NCBI GenBank assembly: GCA_044892525.1
Contig: CM097885.1
Coordinates: 46,130,001 to 46,194,000 of the forward strand
Length of the DNA stretch: 64,000 nucleotides
DNA from: Schmidtea polychroa
Lineage: Eukaryota
Reading direction: 5' to 3'
The notes beneath the pieces are model-generated. The model was given only the letters and a program-made list of their open reading frames with translations, made no database searches and had not been told where the DNA came from. The translations under genes were made by a program, and so were the position numbers. This document shows, piece after piece, positions 1 to 11,599 of the stretch; the stretch's first letter is position 1, and every line of letters begins with the position of its first letter.

Positions 1-1074
1 TTATTCTACATGAGCTTTTTTTAATATAACTTTTTTCGAATGTTCCGATAGTATATGTGACGTAATTGACAAATTCTATTTATGTTTCGTGGGTTAGGAA
101 ATCAATTTATTTTAATTTTAAAGTTTCGCGAGCCTTCTTAAAAAGTATTATGTTGAAGCATTTTTGTGTCGAAAGTAAATTTTAAATTAAAATCAAATGT
201 TTGAAAACTTTACAATCCATTTATCCAATCTCTAATTCTATCTAATATTGTAAATCTTGACGCTTTTAATGAAATTTAGTTGATTTTCGGAAATGTTATG
301 TCAATGTGAAGCACTATACTGAGGCCTATTTTGTTCTACGCGATTTTTGAACAGGGATTTTGGCTCTCTTTTGAAAAGCTTAAAATAAGTTCTCGTTAAA
401 AAATAATTTTTTTCCCAGAATTTTTGTACAAGAATTTATGGTAACATATTTTGAAGAATCGATGTCTTATGAGAAATTAGGATAATAATTTAAAAATAAG
501 TTAAAAAGTAAATTAAAGTTATAATTTTTCAATTAATGTAAGATTTTTAAAAATCGAGAAATTTAACCCAAATAAACCTAATGTCCTTTTAAAAGGACAG
601 TAGGTAATCTGTTACAAATTAAAATATTTTATCATATGAGAACATTATTTTTGATACAATTTTTGATTATGGCGACACTAGATGGTATGGCAATGACAAT
701 GCATATTTTTTTATTAGTTGCCATTGGGCTTTTGTACGATAACACGTTTAAAACTTTGTCCGCATATTTTCTTTGACAAAAGTTTCAAAAAAAACTGGGT
801 TAATTTAATGAGAAATTTAAAAAATTAATGACATAATTTTTTAAAAAGATAATGTAAATTTAATGTAAATTGTTATGAAATATTTTTCAAAGGTATTTTG
901 AAGCAAATTATAATGTGATCATAAATAAATTTTTGTGAATAATAATAATAGAATTTGCTTATAATAAACTCTTCTTAATTCTGCCAGTAAAATATGAACT
1001 ATTTCTTCTTATATTCTTGGCAACACTGGCATCGATAAGGACATGAAATGTTTCTTGGATCATTGCAAACCTCC

Positions 1075-1292
1075 TTGTTCCCTGGGTTTTCAATACAAAA
1101 ACCGATTCTCGTTAAAAAAGCATGGATAATTCTAAGTATTATTAAGGTGGGTCTCCTTGGTCCTGAGAATTTCAATATCAAATCCGACTATGATTAAAAA
1201 GCATGGATATTTAAGGTCTCAGGATATTTCCAATACAAAAAGAGTTGTCCTCAATAAAAAAGCATAATAAATTAATGATAATTATGGTGGTT
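1075..1292 (-). repeat. Inverted partial copy of the ~80-bp minisatellite at 3.1-3.7 kb
   Basis: Reverse complement of 1141-1290 (aggtgggtctccttggtcctgagaatttcaatatcaaatccgact...) matches ~3155-3310 closely. Confidence 0.85.
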
Positions 1293-2069
1293 CTACTGAT
1301 TATTTAAAGGGATTTTAAGGAATCTTATTAGTTTGATATTAAAAGGGAAATATACGATCTTTCACGAGTATTTATCGTTAAATTACCAATCTTTATAGAT
1401 GAATAGGTATTTTAGGGAAAATTGATACTTTTTAGTGGGGAATCATATATCTGCTTTTTTATTTAATTTTATAGTACTTATATCAGTCTCCTTTAGAATT
1501 TAATGATAATTATTTTTAGTGTAGATTGACGACTTTGATAATTTATAATGAATTTATACTGAATCCTTTGAATAATTTGAGCAATCAGTCAATCAATTTG
1601 ATTATACAAGTATTACTTTTAAAAAATCATTAAAATTAATTTATTTCAACTAATTTATTCCATCTAATTTATTCAATACCCACAAGGGTACAAAACAACC
1701 TGTCGGATAAACTCAGACTATATATAATAAAACGAATTAACAATAACTATTTATTGAATAAGCATGCAAATAATTCATTTTTACTTTGCAATAATAAGTC
1801 AGTACAGATATTACTAATGTTATTTAAGAAGATCTTTTGTGAATAAAAATTAGAATTCTTGTCTTTCGTTGTAATTTTATTTCAATTATTTTGAATTCCA
1901 CGTCGTGTTTTAAAGTATTTGACAATTATTCATATTTTGACGAAAGTCATCATTTTTGCTAAATTTAGACACTTAGGAAAAGTATTTCTAATGATTGTAA
2001 ATAAAAATATTTTTGAATTCAAACACAAATAACAAAATTAATTTAAAAAGCATTTGATAAAATACAATG

Positions 2070-2598
2070 AATACTTAGTTGATTATAAGTAGCTAGTTGT
2101 AAGTGTTTAGTATCTAGTTGTTTGATTGTTAGTACTTGGTATCTGGTACCTAGCTGGTTGCTTGTTGTTGGGACATAGTTGTTGGCACTAATCTGTTAGT
2201 AGCTTGTTGTTTGTTGGTTGTGAGTAATTGGTTGTAAGTACTTGGTTGTTGTTGGTATCCGATTGTTGAATTAATATTAATATTATTATTATCATTGAAA
2301 TTTGCATCTAAATTTATCTGTAAAAATTATTTCATTAAAATATTACTTTTTAATTTTAATTTAAAAATATTACATATTTAAAATCTTGTACTTAATTTTA
2401 AAAATTAACCCTTAATTTACCTATTTATCTATGTATTACTTAATTTACCATTTTTCTCCATAATTTACTTAACAACCAAATATAACCATTATCTACATAT
2501 TTAACGAATAATTTCATGTGGTAATCTGGTTGTAAGTACTTGGAATCTAGTTGATAGTGCTTAGTACTTGGTATCTGATTATTGAATTATTATTACTA

Positions 2599-2661
<63 letters not shown>

Positions 2662-3690
2662 GTCAAATTTGCATCTAAATTATCTTTAAAAATTAATTCA
2701 TAAAAATTTACATTTAAGATTATTTCATAAAATTTTCCATTTAAAATTTTTATTTCTCAAAAGCTGGTAGTTATTCAAACTTTTTTATAATAAATTTGAA
2801 ATTCTTGCTTTAATTTACTTATTACTTTAATTTACTTTTTAAAATTCTAGACCATTGATTACTTAATTTTAATAATTAGCCGTTAATTTAACTATTTCTC
2901 TTAACTTAGCCATAATTTACTTTAATTCAATTTTTAGACCTTTGATTTATTTTAATTTAAAATATTTGGACCTTAATTTACTTTAATTTTAAAATATGAG
3001 ACCATATTTTACTTATTTGAGCCATATTTTACTTTAATTTTAAATTCTAGACCACAATTTACTTTAATTAAATCATTAATTTACCATGCTTTTTTAATGT
3101 AAATTAATGTAAATTAACCCCCATTTTGCATTGAAAATCCTAGGACCAGGTAGACCCACTTTAATTATCATTAATTTATTATGCTTTTTTATTGAGGAGA
3201 CCCATTTTTGTATTGAAAATATCCCGAGACTTTAAATATCCATGCTTTTTTTAATGATAGTCGGATTTGATATTGAAATTCTCAGGACCAAGGAGACCCA
3301 CCTTAATAATACTTAGAAATATCCATGCTTTTTTAAGGACTTTTTGTATTGAAAATCCAAGAACAAAGGAGACCCACCTTAATATTATGTGGAAATATCT
3401 ATGCTTTTTATTAATAGACTGATTTTGTATTGAAAATCCCAGGACCAATCGAAACCACCTCACTATAGTCAGAAATATCATGGCTTTTTTAGTGATAATC
3501 TGATTTTGCATTGGAAATCCCAGGACCAGGGAGACCCACCTTAATTATACGTAGAAATATTCATGCTTTTTTATCGAAGACCCCCTTTTTGAATTGAAAA
3601 TCCCAGGACTAAGGAGACCGCCTCACTATAGTCAGAGAAATCATGGCTTTTTTTCTATAGGCCATTTTTGGTATTGAAAATCCCAGAAAA
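2070..3690 (+). repeat. Composite repeat: degenerate tagttgt/acttggt units, (ATT)n, ttaatttact-rich tract, then about 8 copies of an ~80-bp minisatellite (3125-3690)
   Basis: Unit core ttttgtattgaaaatcccaggaccaaggagacccaccttaat...atccatgctttttt recurs at ~60-85 bp spacing; (ATT)n at ~2603-2660. Confidence 0.8.
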
Positions 3691-3739
3691 AATAAGTGTA
3701 GTCCTCTGCAGTAGTTAGGAAACCGTTAAGCAAAAAAAA

Positions 3740-4440
3740 TTGTTTCTTAATTGGAAGCACTGGGGTTTGAAATGTCCTGCTCTGTGACAATAATAACATT
3801 TAACATTCTGCTCTTCTATGGCCTTCTTCATGATATGTCCGACATTTGAATTTTGGCCTATTGTTTCTTTGGAATTCTTGATTATTAAAATTAGATTGTT
3901 TGTACGGATATTCTCGATTCTGTTTTGGCTCGCTGAACGTATTTCTTCTAGGCATATCGTTATATCTGTGTAATATTGGTCTTGCTGGAATATTTACAGC
4001 TTTTTTACCATATCCGCATATCTCGTTTCAGTTCCCACAACTGCCACCGAGTCACTGTTTCGATTTAATTCTATAATTACTTTTTCGTGTGTTTTAATTC
4101 TCTTTTTCATTTCGTTCACTGATTTATAATCATTTAATCTCAAATCTTTTTCAAATCTTGGTTTTCCACTGCATTGAATATGAGAAATTTTTGAGTTCTT
4201 CATTTAATTCGTGTTTCAGAATTCGTTTTGATAATTTCTCAATTTTTTCGCAGAAATCATCAGTGGAATCATCTCCTTGTCTATAATCTAGCGTTTCACT
4301 TAAGTCTTCCATCAGATTCATTGGTTTTTTGAATGCTTTTCCCAGTCTATCCATATAATTTTGTTTCTCGTCGGTTGAATCATATTTCGTAATTGCATCT
4401 GTTGATAAATCAATTAATTTTTTATAATTTATTATCAATA
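3740..4440 (-). pseudogene. Frameshifted LTR-retrotransposon gag fragment with two zinc knuckles
   Basis: ORFs 4151-4438 and 3994-4203 overlap as a frameshift; downstream minus-strand CYYCHRAGHFKPQC (3757-3798) is a perfect CX2CX4HX4C, preceded by degenerate CRTYHEEGHRRAEC. Confidence 0.75.
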
Positions 4441-4642
4441 ACTTAGTTTTGTTGATAACTTTCCAATTCAGTTAATCATATTTACAAATTATTATAATTT
4501 GTTTTTATCGAAAATTATGAATCAGTAAAAGTTGTCTCTTAAAACATAAATGTAGCTACAACTATAAATTTTTTAATCTAATTAGTAACGTTTCTTTTGA
4601 CCTTTATTTATTTTTTCTGAATTATTTTTTAATTTATTTTAG

Positions 4643-5015
4643 GCTTTTGAGTTTATGAAACACTATAAGAAATTACGAGGAAATTGCCAAGAAACATATT
4701 ATAACTTTGGCAGGTTCTATCACAGAATAAGTAGAAATTTGTTTGTTTCGATTAGCTTTCTCAAAGATTTATTTAGAAAATGAAGAACGTGCTATAAATT
4801 GCTATGAAAAATGCTTATCATGTCCACCAGTTGGAAACACAGATTATGAAAAATCAGTATATAATTCGTAATGTCAAGACTTTTTTATTATTTACGCTAT
4901 TTTCTAGCTGAATGATCTGTCACGAGAAGCTGCCTTTAATTTGGTCTATATATACAAAGGAAGAAACCAGAGGAAAACGGTTGAATATTTGACCCAAAAA
5001 TATTTAACGATATGA
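4643..5015 (+). CDS. GTF3C3: General transcription factor IIIC subunit 3 (TFIIIC102), last three exons only
   Basis: Exons 4643-4730, 4777-4856, 4908-5015 (GT-AG introns of 46 and 51 nt) splice in frame to AFEFMKHYKKLRGNCQETYYNFGRFYHRIKNEERAINCYEKCLSCPP...DLSREAAFNLVYIYKG...QKYLTI*, matching the known C-terminus (RGxCQExxYNxGR; DLxRxxAxNLxxIY). Upstream exons not located. Confidence 0.88.
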
Positions 5016-5089
5016 TATTGATCGACAACCTTATTTTGAGATCTTTTTTATTTCCTCCAGTTGTAAAATATAATTTCTATTTTATCAAT

Positions 5090-6730
5090 TTCTATTGGCC
5101 TTCATTATTACACTGGACTATGTCAAATATATCTCTTTGGTGAGGAGCTAGTCAGAAGGATACTAGTTAACCATTCAAACAGTCCCACAGGTTAGTCTGC
5201 TTCCTTGACAACACGAGCATATCAATCAAGAATTTAGCACGAGGAATCCGTTGGACTGTGGAACTTATGGGAACTTAAGCCAAAGGTGATTTGCGTTACC
5301 ACGACTGCTAAAATATCTATACTATATGTCCCTTATTATTGTTTGCGTTTTAGCAGATGTAAAATTCAGATTATCTAGGGTTACGGTTAGATTGATCGTC
5401 GATTTTTCCCTAAAGGCATGCATGACTATTTTACCTTTCCATCCGTGTACCCATGGCATCCACCACGTTGGTAATGTACACAGTGGTTGAGAATCAATGA
5501 GCTCTACTACTAGGGCAACTCACTGCTCACTCGTTTATGGTTCATAACTGCTGTAGAAGGTATTAAGTTGGAAAAAATGTGCTATAAGAGCTGATTAACA
5601 GATTTCTGGTCCAGCGAATATATCACCTCAAAGGTTAGTGTCAAACCACTGGCTACATAATTATCATTTATCATTTTACTATTAAGTTAACTAATTAATC
5701 GTAAGACAATTCAAAAACAAAAGGCAGAGTACAATTCTTTAATTATAATTTATTAAACCCGTATTGTACATACAAAACAAAACAAAACAAAATAGGTTAA
5801 AACTGTATAGACTCCTTGTGGGTCCCAGAGCTAAAAGAATCAATTAGAATTGGCCTTGGCATTGACCAGGAGTTCCACCAGCTTGAACAGGACGTTGTCT
5901 TCCATGTGCACGGCGAAATAAATGTCGCTTAGATCGAACTTGGTTTTATTTTGTTACTCGGATGTTTCTGGATCGGAATGGGTGACGGGGTACCTGCTGT
6001 ATAGGGATTGATGATTAGTGGCATAAGACCCACGGATTATTTGGACTGGTCTACTCGGTATCGACCAGATCATTGCCGGGATTGCATTGGTTCATTCAGA
6101 TGAGGGGAAAGGTTTGATCTCCGCCTGCAGCTCGGTTTTCGTATATACATGATATAGAGCATGTTTCTTCTCTTGGATAAGGTTTCTTTGGGAGTGACTC
6201 TCGTCGATGAGACCGTCGCGGTAATTCTCGAGTCAGCGGATCTTCTGTTTCACTTCCATCACCTATGCTGGGGTGAACCATATCCCCTCGATGTGGTTGA
6301 CCTTTAACCTCGTGAAGCGCAATCTTAACTTGTTGCATACGGATAGTTTCGTTCTTATAGTATAGTTGGCTGATTGTTCATAGTTTTCTATAATGATGAA
6401 AACGAAAGGGTTTAATTAATATTAGTGGGTTTCCATAATAATTTCTATATTTGTTGAAACAAAACAATAGGCAGGGATGTCGAAATTAGACAGTAATGGA
6501 GGGAGGTAACCAAGCCCAATTAAGTTTGATCTGGTTAATATTATTACTTAATATTATTTCTTTAAACGACTTTTGTCTTAGAAATCTATATTTTAAGTAT
6601 AATTATTATTACTTCATTTAAAATATATATAAAGCCACGTTTTTTAAACACGATAAATTCGTAATAACATTAATTAAGACTATTTTCTTAATAAATTTAC
6701 GCAATTATGCATACTGTTGGGCTGAAAACT
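5090..6730 (-). mobile_element. Highly degenerate Ty3/gypsy-derived element (copy A) with pseudogenised EGTWF ORF
   Basis: Minus-strand remnants: integrase-like PQSNG (5247-5261) and YITNVVDA (~5455-5480), RT-like TKFDLSDIYF (~5915-5945), and KNETIRMQQVKIAL/RLKVNHIEGIWFTPA*VMEVKQKIR*LENYRDGLIDESHSQR (~6095-6360). Boundaries approximate. Confidence 0.65.
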
Positions 6731-8769
6731 AAATATTATGATTTCCTTAAACTTTTTGTTTCATTTTGTAATGGAATACAATGGAAGAGTCGGTGAAAAT
6801 AAAAATAATGTAAGGCAAAAATAATAAAATACAAATAAAATAGAAAATAGAAGCAACAAAATAAGTATGATTAATAATAAAAAAGATACTAGGAGAAACT
6901 TAAATAAACATAAAACGAGAAGCAGAAACATAGGAAAGAATCCATAAAAACCCAATAATTAACAATTAATTACGGAATAAGCAAATAATAAAAGGAGAAA
7001 TTGAAAATAAATTGTTAAATTCCAAAAAGAGAGGAAAAAATATAGATCAACAGCAAATAAACGAAACATCTAACAATAACGAGCAAAGAAAAGGAATTTA
7101 ATACATAAAAATAAATTTCAGAAACATTAAAACAAATAATTTAAAAATAGATTACAATTGATAAATAGCACAATGAAGATATTAAAGAAAAAAATAAATT
7201 AATTAAAATAAACTAGATCAATTATTATTGGTCAGAAGACCGTACCAAAAAACTTAATACGACTATTCCACTGTTGTTTCCAAACTTTAACATGATTCAA
7301 CGTTTAGTATTCAGCTCAATCAATTCAGAATGCAATCTAGTTAATTTTGTAGAAATCCTAATATTCGAGAAATCCATTTGTATTCAGTTTTATTATCAAA
7401 AGTTTCTAAATCGGTAAATTTTATCATGATTGTATAATTTTCATTGTAATGGTATAAGTAATGGTATAAAAACAATTATATTTTCAAATTCCTTTTGCAA
7501 TCCCAACAATCATTTTTATTGTTTAATTTAAGTAGCAATTGTCTTAGTAATTAATGTATTGGTTTCACTATGAAAATATTGCTATGAATTTATATTTCGT
7601 TTTGAGTCGTTTGTTTTGTGTGGAATAATCAGCCGAGTCGAAGTCCAGTATTCTATGATTCAAAGTACCTTCGCGATGCTTGAATTAGTGGGAATATTGG
7701 CTCTTCAATCGCTCGGTTGACACCAGTGCCAAGATGTGGGGGCTTCTCCACGGGTCCGTCGCCGGTAGATGAGTTAGTTGAAGAGTACATTCGTCGAACA
7801 AGACATCCTAAAACAGTTGTAGAGCATGCACATGAAGTCAAGTGCACGAAAAATCATTGATGAGGAGTCGAGGATGATATTGCAGTGATTGAGGCGTCCA
7901 AGGTTTAACACATTAGGAAATTTGGTCTACAAAATCATTTACGGTCATTTAAACGCAACACCATTGAGATAATTGCATGACTTCAATGAAACAAATTGCA
8001 CAGTACATGGGTATAGTTTTCTTTCAATTTCTCAGAGAACAGTGAGCGAATTAATATAATTGCCATAGGACTGTTGGCACGCTTTCTAGTTTACGTAAAA
8101 TTGCATGTGTCATGCCTAAGGGATGAAGGTCGTTCACCATTGTTCTATTCGCTGATGTCGATCTGAGTAGAATTGGGCTAGAAATGAATTCTAGACCCAA
8201 ATCTTGAGAAATTGATGAAATTTGGTGGTACATAACATACACAACTAGCATTAAGTTTATTTAAATAGAAAATACGTAACATCAAATAAACAATAATAAT
8301 TAAGAGAAAAATAACAGAAAATAAAAACATTTAAATTAAACAATAAAATCAAACAAATGCAAGAAGTATCACAGGAAAATTGACTCAAACATAACAGAGA
8401 AACATGAAAATACAAAAACAAACTCGAATAAAGTTGAAAAACTGTAAAAATAACTTGAAATAAAAGAAAATTCTAGACGAAAACCCAGAACATTTCATAA
8501 AAATGGCGAAATCCATCATGGATGCCATCCAATACAATAAAAGTTAACAAAAATAAATAAATTAATTTAAAAAATAAAAATTCAAGAAAAGAAGTTATAA
8601 AAAAACGATTCTAAAATAAAATTAACTTTAATTTAATATGGAATGTTCTGGAATTGCTCAAATCCACCATGGAGGCCAATTTAACGAAAAATAATTCAAA
8701 AATAAAATTTTAAAAATAAAAACAAAAATTATGGCTCAAAAAACTATCTTAAATTGGAATAATAGTGCT

Positions 8770-9115
8770 TAAAATATATAATATGTAAAAATCGTGATTT
8801 TTATTATCGAACCCCTGATTTACTATCTAATAATATGGGAAACATCTTATAATTTGGTAATATTACTTAGAAATTCATATTATGTACAAAATTGTAATTT
8901 TACTGTTGAACCCCCGAATTTACTATTTTACGTATAAAATATCTTGTGTTTTGAATAAGGTTACTTAAAAATTTATAATACGTACAGAAATTATAATTTT
9001 TATTGTTGAATGCCCGAATTATTATTTAATGTATAGGCTACCTTATATTTGAATAATGTGCACAAGAATCGTAAACCTCGTCATTGAACCCCTGTACCAC
9101 TATTTAGTATCTAGA
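8770..9115 (+). repeat. Degenerate tandem repeat, ~100-bp unit x 3-4
   Basis: Recurring tgtaattttt(a)(c/t)tgttgaacccc(c/t)g(a)attt(t)actat at ~8800, 8900, 9000, 9080. Confidence 0.7.
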
Positions 9116-9933
9116 TATTGTGGATCCTTTGTTTCGTGGTTATCATTGGGATTGAGCTGATTGTATTTTTCTTAGACTAATATTATAATTATAATTTCAA
9201 TTGGTTGTAATATCTTTTAATTTAACCTCGGTCAATCATAATGTATTTTCACTTTAGACTTTACGATTATCATTTTAATTTATTTATCGGTGAGTTATAC
9301 TATTTAGACCTTATAATTACCATTTGGATTTATTTAGTTGTCAGTTACACTAATTTATAAATTTCTAAACAAATTTACCGATCTGGGGATGTCCCTACTT
9401 CTAAATTTAACACTGGAATTATATTGGCAAAAAAAATCATAATAAACTAGCTGTGGCTATTTTTAGATACCTCCACCCCCTTGTATTAGCCACAACACTA
9501 TTATAAGCCCACATAGACATCATCTATCCACTAAACACAGACGTCTACGTTGGCCGACCAATCAGCCTCGTAGACACGGATTCCCGAGAACCACCGCCCC
9601 CGACCTCGGATATTGACCAGGGAACCCGAGAATCGCAATCATGCTAAGATCATTAAATAGAGGCTCATGGTATAAATTACGATCATAAAAATTTCGTCAG
9701 GAGAAAATACACGCAGAACACAGAATGAACGAATATATTTTAGAACCAATTTATATTTCATAGAACAAATACTTAAAAATTAAACATACGAGTTAAAAAT
9801 AAACATACGAGTTAGAAACAAAAATACGAGTTAAGAAAAACGTTTATCACTAAATTTAAATTTTGCAAAAATACACTCCATTATCGATCTACGTCTAAGG
9901 AAATCCATTACCATCCCTCTCACCCACTAGTAA

Positions 9934-11379
9934 GGGTCTTCCGCCATGTTGCATTAAAAGATTCTAACAGTATTTATCCTAAATAATTCCAAATTTATAC
10001 TGTATATTTGTTGGGTTTTAGATTACTTTAAGTCGGTTCCCTCTGACTCCTAGTGTCCTTTAAATCAAAACAATAAACGACCCAACGTATATTGAAACAA
10101 CAGGTTCACAATTCTTTATCACCACTTTACAATTACTAATCAATGTTCCGTTTGTACGATTCTGGGCTCGGCGTTGATGCTGTGCAAATAGATAATATTC
10201 ACCTTTTATTCCTTTAGATTCTCTTGACCCACGTTTTCCTCGGTTTCTGTTTGATTTGATTGCTTTTTCACCTTTCCGTATTCCTAATTCTATGTCTTCT
10301 TTTCCCTACTTTCCTTAATTCGTTTTCGCCTTTTCCTAAGCTCTGTTTCTTCTAACCTTAGCTGAGGCAAAATGCCGATTTTTTCTGATTTTCCTTTTCC
10401 TTATATACTCCTCGAAATCAGGATAACAAATGGTTATTGCCGAGCCAATCTTTCATTTGACATTTGCTCCCACGTATCTGCTTCGGCTGTCACCCATAAT
10501 GGTCCAACGAATCCAGATAATTAATGGCCCTTCCGGTCTTCCTACACGCGCTATCTTCTCCTTGCTCTTTTCCCATTAATCATTGTGTCAAGCTAATGGG
10601 CCCAAATCTTCCTTCTGTGTGCCTTTTTTCTTGTTTACCCAGCTCGGGTTTCCTTTATCTCTCGGGTTCTCCATTGGCTCGGGTTTCCCATTAGCTCGGG
10701 TTTCCCATTAGCCAATTAATTAATTAATTAACGTTTTCTGTTTTCATACATTTGAATGTTTTTCGACCCTTCCTAACCATTTTCTGATAAATCCCTAATC
10801 ATCATCTTGTTGACCATTAGCTAATCTATACCTGTCCCGTTTTCCCATTCGATTTCGATGATTTTACGATTTATTGATTTTTCTCGGATTTCCGGATTCT
10901 TGCCTTTCGTAATTGCTTTTGGCATTTTCTAATACTGCTTCCATCACACTTTCCTTTACTATTGATTCCGTGCATGACCCCGCTTTTATTTGTCTTTTTT
11001 TCTTCGCTTACTTTCTATTTGAATTATTAGCCTAAATTTCATTTAAATTTTATTTTCATTTACGGACCTCAACATATTCAATATTTATTTTACCATAAAG
11101 ATATCAATTCGTTTCGGTGAAATCAGAATTTCTGAGGTAGAGCTGAGAAATTTCCCTTGTTGTTCGAGCCGACTCCCCTGCCCATATTCGTCCTAAAGTA
11201 ATCTTAAAATATAAATATAAACCCACCGTACAAACCATGTTGAGGCCTTAGGACCAACTCTTGATCGTTCCACCTGACTCGTGTTCCTTAGTGGCTTGTA
11301 CCAAGACCGAGTTTTCCCCGTGGCAAGTTATCTGCTGCTTTACCCAGGTTGCTTCTCAGAATCGGCAATTAACCCCACA
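9934..11379 (-). mobile_element. Putative LTR (TG...CA) followed by a primer-binding-site-like TGGCG
   Basis: Minus strand starts TGTGGGG (11379), has 17-bp tandem repeats (gctcgggtttcccatt, ~10640-10712), TATATAA (~10402), AATAAA (~10205), ends GCAACA (9947) followed by TGGCGGAAGACCC. No partner LTR or TSD seen. Confidence 0.4.
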
Positions 11380-11599
11380 AAACATAAGAATTTAAAAGGC
11401 TGGAAAATTAATTACGACATAAAATTGGCGGTATTTGAATTTATGATAGATAACAATTTTCATTAATTAGAACAGAATTTTATCTCTAATCTAATTTGGC
11501 TTAATTATATAATAAATTGCAGATTTTATTAATTAAGGTAAAAATGTACAATTAATACTTAGTTACTTTCTGAATATAAGTTAGCCATGTACTTCGTTA

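Noticed and set aside
270..830. Possible upstream GTF3C3 exons
   Set aside because: Candidate frames hit stops quickly and show no recognisable GTF3C3 motifs.
3125..3690. Regularly spaced repeats resembling a CRISPR array
   Set aside because: The whole ~80-bp unit is homologous and degenerate with no unique spacers; no cas genes; eukaryotic context.
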